Positions 62,501 to 64,000 of a stretch of DNA of 64,000 bases are shown here, in pieces. The notes beneath the pieces are model-generated. The model was not told the origin of the DNA. It saw only the letters and a list, made by a program, of their open reading frames with translations, and ran no database searches. This DNA is from Takakia lepidozioides (taxonomy: Eukaryota; Plantae; Bryophyta). The DNA is taken from assembly GCA_030704615.1 (NCBI GenBank), contig CM060731.1:36642001-36706000 (forward strand), given 5' to 3'. Position numbers and translations under genes: made by a program. Every line of letters begins with the position of its first letter. The stretch's first letter is position 1.

Positions 62501-64000
62501 GATGCTGATTTCCAGCCATGGCAACACCTCACAATTTTCTCCTTTTCTCTTCATCGTCCTCTTGGATCTCACCAGTCTCTTAATCCTCCACTTTCTTATC
62601 TACAATAAAAAAAAACTTTTGCTATAAACGCTCTTGTGGTGTCAGGGACAGCTGGCGTAGTCTCCTCTTCTCTTTTGCTCTCCGCCTCTCTATTGTAGAT
62701 GTGAAGTACACTAGAAGCATTCGTGTCATTTACCACTGGGGTAACGACTCATTTTGAGTCGTAAAAGTAAAAAAACTGGGATCGACTGGAAGTTACAACA
62801 GACGTGGTAGTTGGGTTGGACATCCAATGATTGGAGTGGTAAAGGACGCTGACGCGCGAACAACTGCTCAACGATTAATGCGATTAATGCTGAAGAACCA
62901 CGTGGCGTAACCAGGCGGGCCGCCCGTGTGTCTGACCTTTTGGGCTGACTTTGACTTTTCCCTCCGGATGAGTGGACCGACTCACTGAAGCGCGGTGACA
63001 CATGGACGCGGGCGTGGACGACGATGTGGATGCCGACGTGGCGGCGCCACGACGAGCACCACTGCTGCCACGTGGCCACGGGCACGGGGCGCCACGTGGT
63101 AGTAGACCACATAACTTGCAGTGCTACATGCCTAGTGGCAATTGCGACTGCGGAAGTTGGCGCAACCACTGCTTTACTACTTTACATGAAGTGCTCGAAC
63201 TTACTTGAACAATCATTCATAGTGATTCATGCTTTGGAGTTTTGGTGTTTGTAGTGAGTCGCCTAGTAATGCCATACAAGAGAACTAATCATGCATTAGA
63301 AATGCACAAACGATGAAAGACATGCCATAAAACAAAATAAAATGAAAATGAATGAAATGAAACAAAATGGTACTTTATTACATCTGTGGAAAGCTCAAAG
63401 AGCTTATGGGACAAAATGAAAAACACAAAGTAAAAAAGCAGCCCAAAAGCTACTGCTGCTCTGGGGATTGCCTAAGGGTCAAGGCCTCGTGCAAGTCAAG
63501 CAGTTTTGATCCTCATAATGCAAGACTTCAGTGAGTTCCACGAAATAGACCATCTACCCATGGAGGTTTCTTGTAGTTATTGATCCACAGGGAATCATAG
63601 GTAAATCTTTTGCTTGAAATTTGGCCCTCTACGATGAATCTGGACCACACTCTATCCCTGCTCCTTCAGCTATCCATGCCCCTCCACAAATCATGCATTC
63701 ATCCTTGCCTTGCTGCTAGTAGCTGACAATGACAACCTACATTTGTTCTAGGAAACACCCAACTCAGCTTATCACACTAGTTCTTATGCTCAATTGCGTC
63801 TGCTACTCTCTGAAATGTAGCAGGCATTCACCTTTTTGCCTCGGTTGTCCCATGATTGACTGGGGGCAGAAAAGTATTCATTCCACAGCTTCTCCTCATG
63901 TCTGTTACTTGTTTTTTGATAGCAGTATCATGTCAAAGTCACTCCAAACTAGATTCACTCAACCAGTTAACTTGCATAATTCAACATGGAAATTTTGGAC

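Overview
Eukaryotic, intron-containing DNA from a land plant; a non-seed plant such as a bryophyte or liverwort is my inference, not established. The first ~26 kb is a nested transposon pile. (1) The 3' end of an LTR retroelement (element A), with a >1,200-codon non-gag/pol ORF, is inserted into (2) a Ty3/gypsy element (element B). Element B's pol frame reads C5-cytosine DNA methyltransferase, RT, RNase H, integrase and a C-terminal PHD finger, and it ends in an unusual LTR bounded by 85-bp direct repeats. (3) Element B is itself interrupted by a Mutator-like element with a GCM-type zinc finger and palindromic subterminal arrays. These are followed by a putative DNA transposon carrying a series of long hairpins and a RING-H2 ORF, a truncated LTR element and a PPR E-domain pseudogene. 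The 35-55 kb segment holds three ordinary host genes: a PHT1 phosphate transporter (+), D-cysteine desulfhydrase (-) and FPA/SPEN (-). The last 9 kb has a piggyBac-like MITE (TTAA target duplication), pogo-type transposase relics and a degenerate fungal-type endonuclease-like ORF. The strongest candidate for a novel system is the retrotransposon carrying both a chromatin writer (DNMT) and a reader (PHD) in one polyprotein frame. All family assignments come from motifs recognised by eye; no searches were run.
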